A DNA stretch of 64,000 bases. It comes from an uncultured Planctomycetaceae bacterium (GTDB taxonomy: Bacteria; Planctomycetota; Planctomycetia; Planctomycetales; Planctomycetaceae). Below, piece after piece: positions 60,957 to 64,000 of the stretch (positions are counted from its first letter, which is position 1; each line of letters begins with the position of its first letter). The stretch is from assembly GCA_963815195.1 (NCBI GenBank), contig CAWFGE010000017.1:128001-192000 (forward strand), written 5' to 3'. Position numbers and translations under genes: made by a program. The notes under the pieces were generated by a model. It ran no database searches. It was given only the letters and a program-made list of their open reading frames with translations, and was not told the origin of the DNA.

Positions 60957-62552
60957 TCATTGACCCGGACTTCGCTCCAACGGGGCGAACTGCTCGACCA
61001 GGCTGCGGGCGGAGCGGAGGCCGTCCACGGCTGCGGTGACGATGCCGCCCGCGTAGCCCGCTCCTTCGCCCACTGGATAGAGTCCCGCGATGTTCGGGCA
61101 CTGGCGGGTTCGGGGGTCGCGGTCGATGCGGACGGGCGAACTGCCGCGCATTTCGGGTCCGACGAGAATCGCGTGCTCCAAATAACTCCCGCCCCATTTG
61201 CGATTCAGCACCGGCAGACCCTTTTGTAGCGCCTTCACCACCGGCGGCGGGATGACCTCGGCGAGGTTCACCGAATGCGTCCCGCGCTCGTACGAACACT
61301 CCAAAACTCCATCGGACACTCGGTCGTCCAGAAAATCGCGGGCGGTTTGGATCGGCGAAAAATAATTCCCGCCCGCCAAGCGGAACGCGGCCGCTTCGTA
61401 CCGGCGCTGCACTTCCACACCCGCGAGCGGATGGTCGGACCCGAACTCTGCGGGTTCCAATGTGACGACCAGACCGCTGTTGGCGAACGGCGTGTCGTGC
61501 CGGCTGTTGCTCATGCCGTTGGAGCAGAACATGTTCGGCTCGGAGATGCTGGGAATAATGATCCCGCCCGCGCACATGCAGAAGGTAAACAGGTCCCGCT
61601 CTCCCGGCGCGACCAGCGAATAATCCGCCGCTCCCAAAATGTCGAGGTACTCCGGCCGGCCGTATTTATGGCGGTTGACCTCGACTTGCGAATGCTCGAT
61701 CCGAAGGCCCAATTGGAAGGCTTTGGGGACCATCGGCACGCCGAGCTCGTGAAGCATCCGGTAGGTGTCGCGGGCGCTGTGGCCAATGCCGAGGATCGCC
61801 TGCGACGTGGCGATGTCGCCGCTGGACGTGCCGATGCCCGTGATTCGGCCGTCCGTGATGTGCAGTTTTTCCAGTCGGCAGCCGAAGCGGTATTCGCCGC
61901 CCAGGGCTTCGATCCGCCGGCGAAAGTTGCGGCAGATCATCGGCAGTTTGTTGCTGCCCAGGTGCGGACGGTGCTCGTAAACCAGCGAAGGCCGGCCGCC
62001 GCATTCCACGAATCGCTCCAGAACCCAATCCACGTCGGGGCCGGTGATTCGGCAGGTCAGTTTGCCGTCGCTGAAACAGCCCGCCCCGCCTTCGCCGAAG
62101 AGATAATTGTTCTCTTCGTCGTGCGGGCCGCCGGCGTCGAAGGCCCGGATCGCGGGCACGCGTTCTTTCACGGCCTGTCCGCGTTCGATGACCAGCGGAC
62201 GGTAGCCTTTCTTCGCCAGGTAATAGGCGGCCAACAACCCCGCCGGGCCCGATCCCACCACCACCGGCCGCTCGGTTAACGGCGACTCGCCCGGGACCGG
62301 ATCATAAAACGGCTTCGAGACAAACGAATCGACATCCTTCTGCCGGGACAGCGTCCGCGATTCGGCGAACTCGGCGGGAAGTTGCACGACCGCGGAATAC
62401 ACAAACCGCAACTCGTACCGCTTCCGGGCGTCGAGGCTCTTTCGCAAAATCCGCCACGACAAGAGGTGCTCCACCCCCACGCCTAAGCGGGCCGCGATCT
62501 GCCGAGGCAGTGCAGTCTCCGGTTCCTCCACGGAGAGCCGCAGATTCGTCAC
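60957..62552 (-). CDS. NAD(P)/FAD-dependent oxidoreductase
   Basis: RKSLDAR, VGSGPAGL, FGEGGAGCFSDGKL, GHSARD, FCMC, GEGAGYAGGI. The start codon is uncertain. Confidence 0.9.
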   Translation of the reverse strand: MTNLRLSVEEPETALPRQIAARLGVGVEHLLSWRILRKSLDARKRYELRFVYSAVVQLPAEFAESRTLSRQKDVDSFVSKPFYDPVPGESPLTERPVVVGSGPAGLLAAYYLAKKGYRPLVIERGQAVKERVPAIRAFDAGGPHDEENNYLFGEGGAGCFSDGKLTCRITGPDVDWVLERFVECGGRPSLVYEHRPHLGSNKLPMICRNFRRRIEALGGEYRFGCRLEKLHITDGRITGIGTSSGDIATSQAILGIGHSARDTYRMLHELGVPMVPKAFQLGLRIEHSQVEVNRHKYGRPEYLDILGAADYSLVAPGERDLFTFCMCAGGIIIPSISEPNMFCSNGMSNSRHDTPFANSGLVVTLEPAEFGSDHPLAGVEVQRRYEAAAFRLAGGNYFSPIQTARDFLDDRVSDGVLECSYERGTHSVNLAEVIPPPVVKALQKGLPVLNRKWGGSYLEHAILVGPEMRGSSPVRIDRDPRTRQCPNIAGLYPVGEGAGYAGGIVTAAVDGLRSARSLVEQFAPLERSPGQ

Positions 62553-62670
62553 CCGCAGCGTCAGCCGGTTCTTTGGGTTCGGTTTTGATGTGTGGACTCT
62601 CTTGCAATGCTTCCGACGTTCCGACGGTTGTTCTCAAAGCATTGTAGGGAGTGCGTGACGAATGAAAAGT

Positions 62671-63465
62671 TCACCGATTCATGGACGCCGGCTGAGGCAA
62701 ATACCGCATCGCCGGCAATCGCAGGACTTGCGTATGATACCCCGTCTCGTCCAGATCGAAAATCCGATAGCCCGGCGGATCGTCAGTATAGGAGGATTCC
62801 TCGCCGGTGGGCTCGAATTGGATCGCGGTCGAGGGCGTGGTCAGCACGTCGGCCCGTCCAAGCTTTCCCTCGAACACATGATGCACGTGCCCCGTCGCCA
62901 CGCAACGGATTTCCGGGTGGGCCGCGATGAGTTCCCGCAGCGGTTCGGGATGCTCGAGCGCGATCCGATCCAGCCAAGGGCTGCCGACCGGGATCGGCGG
63001 ATGATGCATGAACACGAGCGCGGGCCGGCCCTCGTTCTGTGCCAGTTGCTCTCGGAACCACTTCCGTTGCGCCGTCGAAATGCGGCCCGAAATTTCGCCG
63101 GGCCGGTGCGTGTCCAGGCCGAGAATTCTCCAGCCGCCGATGCTTTCCGCAAAGGACAAAAACTCGCCGGTTTGCGGGACGATTTGGGGAAACACCTCCC
63201 GCAGGCCGGGACGGTTGTCGTGATTGCCCGGCACAAGCCGGCAGCGGCCGAGCCAATCGCCCAAATCCTCCCGCAGCAGCCGATACGTTTCCGCGAGTTC
63301 ATCGTGGGCCAAATCGCCCGTCAGCACCAACAGATCCCAAGGCTCCGCATGGTCCCGCAGGTGACCCAGGACCTCGCGAAACGTCTCCCAAGTCGGCACG
63401 CCCTTCAACCGTTCCCCCCGATCCTTGCACAAATGCAAATCGGTCAATTGCACAATCCGAGCCAT
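62671..63465 (-). CDS. cpdA: CpdA/Icc-like cyclic-nucleotide phosphodiesterase (metallophosphoesterase)
   Basis: QLTDLH, LTGDLAHD, PGNHD, FMHHPP, GHVH, TPSTAIQF...PGYR. Confidence 0.85.
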   Translation of the reverse strand: MARIVQLTDLHLCKDRGERLKGVPTWETFREVLGHLRDHAEPWDLLVLTGDLAHDELAETYRLLREDLGDWLGRCRLVPGNHDNRPGLREVFPQIVPQTGEFLSFAESIGGWRILGLDTHRPGEISGRISTAQRKWFREQLAQNEGRPALVFMHHPPIPVGSPWLDRIALEHPEPLRELIAAHPEIRCVATGHVHHVFEGKLGRADVLTTPSTAIQFEPTGEESSYTDDPPGYRIFDLDETGYHTQVLRLPAMRYLPQPASMNR

Positions 63466-63776
63466 GATGCTCCCTGAAACCACGAAACAAAAAAGAAGAA
63501 ACCACGAATTCCACGAATAACACGAATGGAGGGGAGATTCAAAATGGAATCTATGAATAAAATAGGAAGACTGGGTGGAAACAAGCCGCTTCCCACGTTT
63601 CCATCCGCAATCCTCACCCTGCATTAACTGGGGCTTGCGGGCTTAGTCTTGGTGATTTCGTGCTTGACGAGCTCAATCTCCCCGTCTCCCCTCTTGGCTT
63701 CCCCCTGGCTTCCGAGACCGGGTTTATGCAACAATAACCTTCGATGCGAACGCAAAACGACCGAGCGGAGGTGGGC

Positions 63777-64000
63777 ATGCGGATTCTGGTATTGGGGGTT
63801 GGTCTTCTCTGCGGGCATGCCGCGCTGCTCGTGGCGGAGGAAACGCCCGAGCGGGCCGAGAAGGATTTGAGCCATTCCGCCGCGGTCGCCGTTTCGCGGA
63901 CGCACCAAGCCTGGTTCCGCGAAGCCGAGACGCAAATCCAAGCCGGCGAATACGCGGCCGCGGTCGAGCGGTTGCACGCTCTGCTCGTTGCCGAGCCGGT
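63777..64000 (+). CDS. 5' part of a secreted protein (TPR-like helix), runs off the window
   Basis: GGAGGT SD; MRILVLGVGLLCGHAALLVAEE...AETQIQAGEYAAAVERLHALL; frame open to the end. Confidence 0.65.
   Translation, partial: MRILVLGVGLLCGHAALLVAEETPERAEKDLSHSAAVAVSRTHQAWFREAETQIQAGEYAAAVERLHALLVAEP

Noticed and set aside
63478..63530. CCACGAA short repeats (also AAATCC(C/G) units near 4598-4635)
   Set aside because: Short degenerate intergenic repeats with no associated gene; no function can be supported.

Overview
GC-rich chromosomal window that looks like a planctomycete (DUF1501, a PQQ-type dehydrogenase with cytochrome c motifs, HTH-REC regulator 'MRTIFTTGQVAKIC', UDPGP-type uridylyltransferase, many REP-like palindromes). 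Taxonomy and family names come from recognising motifs; no searches were run. There are about 45 genes: flagellar/regulatory (HDOD, csrA, flagellin), housekeeping (hflX, a parC/gyrA-type subunit, murD, tadA, rnr, yhaM-like, cysteine desulfurase, cpdA-like) and many secreted proteins. Low-GC or decayed remnants include a TIGR04255-type pair, a truncated NYN nuclease and an IS4-like stub. No tRNA, rRNA or CRISPR array was seen. About 11 small indels split otherwise intact genes, most likely assembly errors. Best candidates for novelty: (1) a CsrA + H-box/DHp-like + receiver fusion followed by an orphan KaiB and a PAS hybrid kinase (52.3-55.5 kb); (2) a ~200-nt structured RNA with a sigma54-type promoter and intrinsic terminator upstream of hflX (11.7-11.9 kb); (3) three secreted Pro/Tyr/Cys-rich proteins (29.8-33.1 kb); (4) a ~80-nt promoter-to-terminator unit at 33.1 kb.
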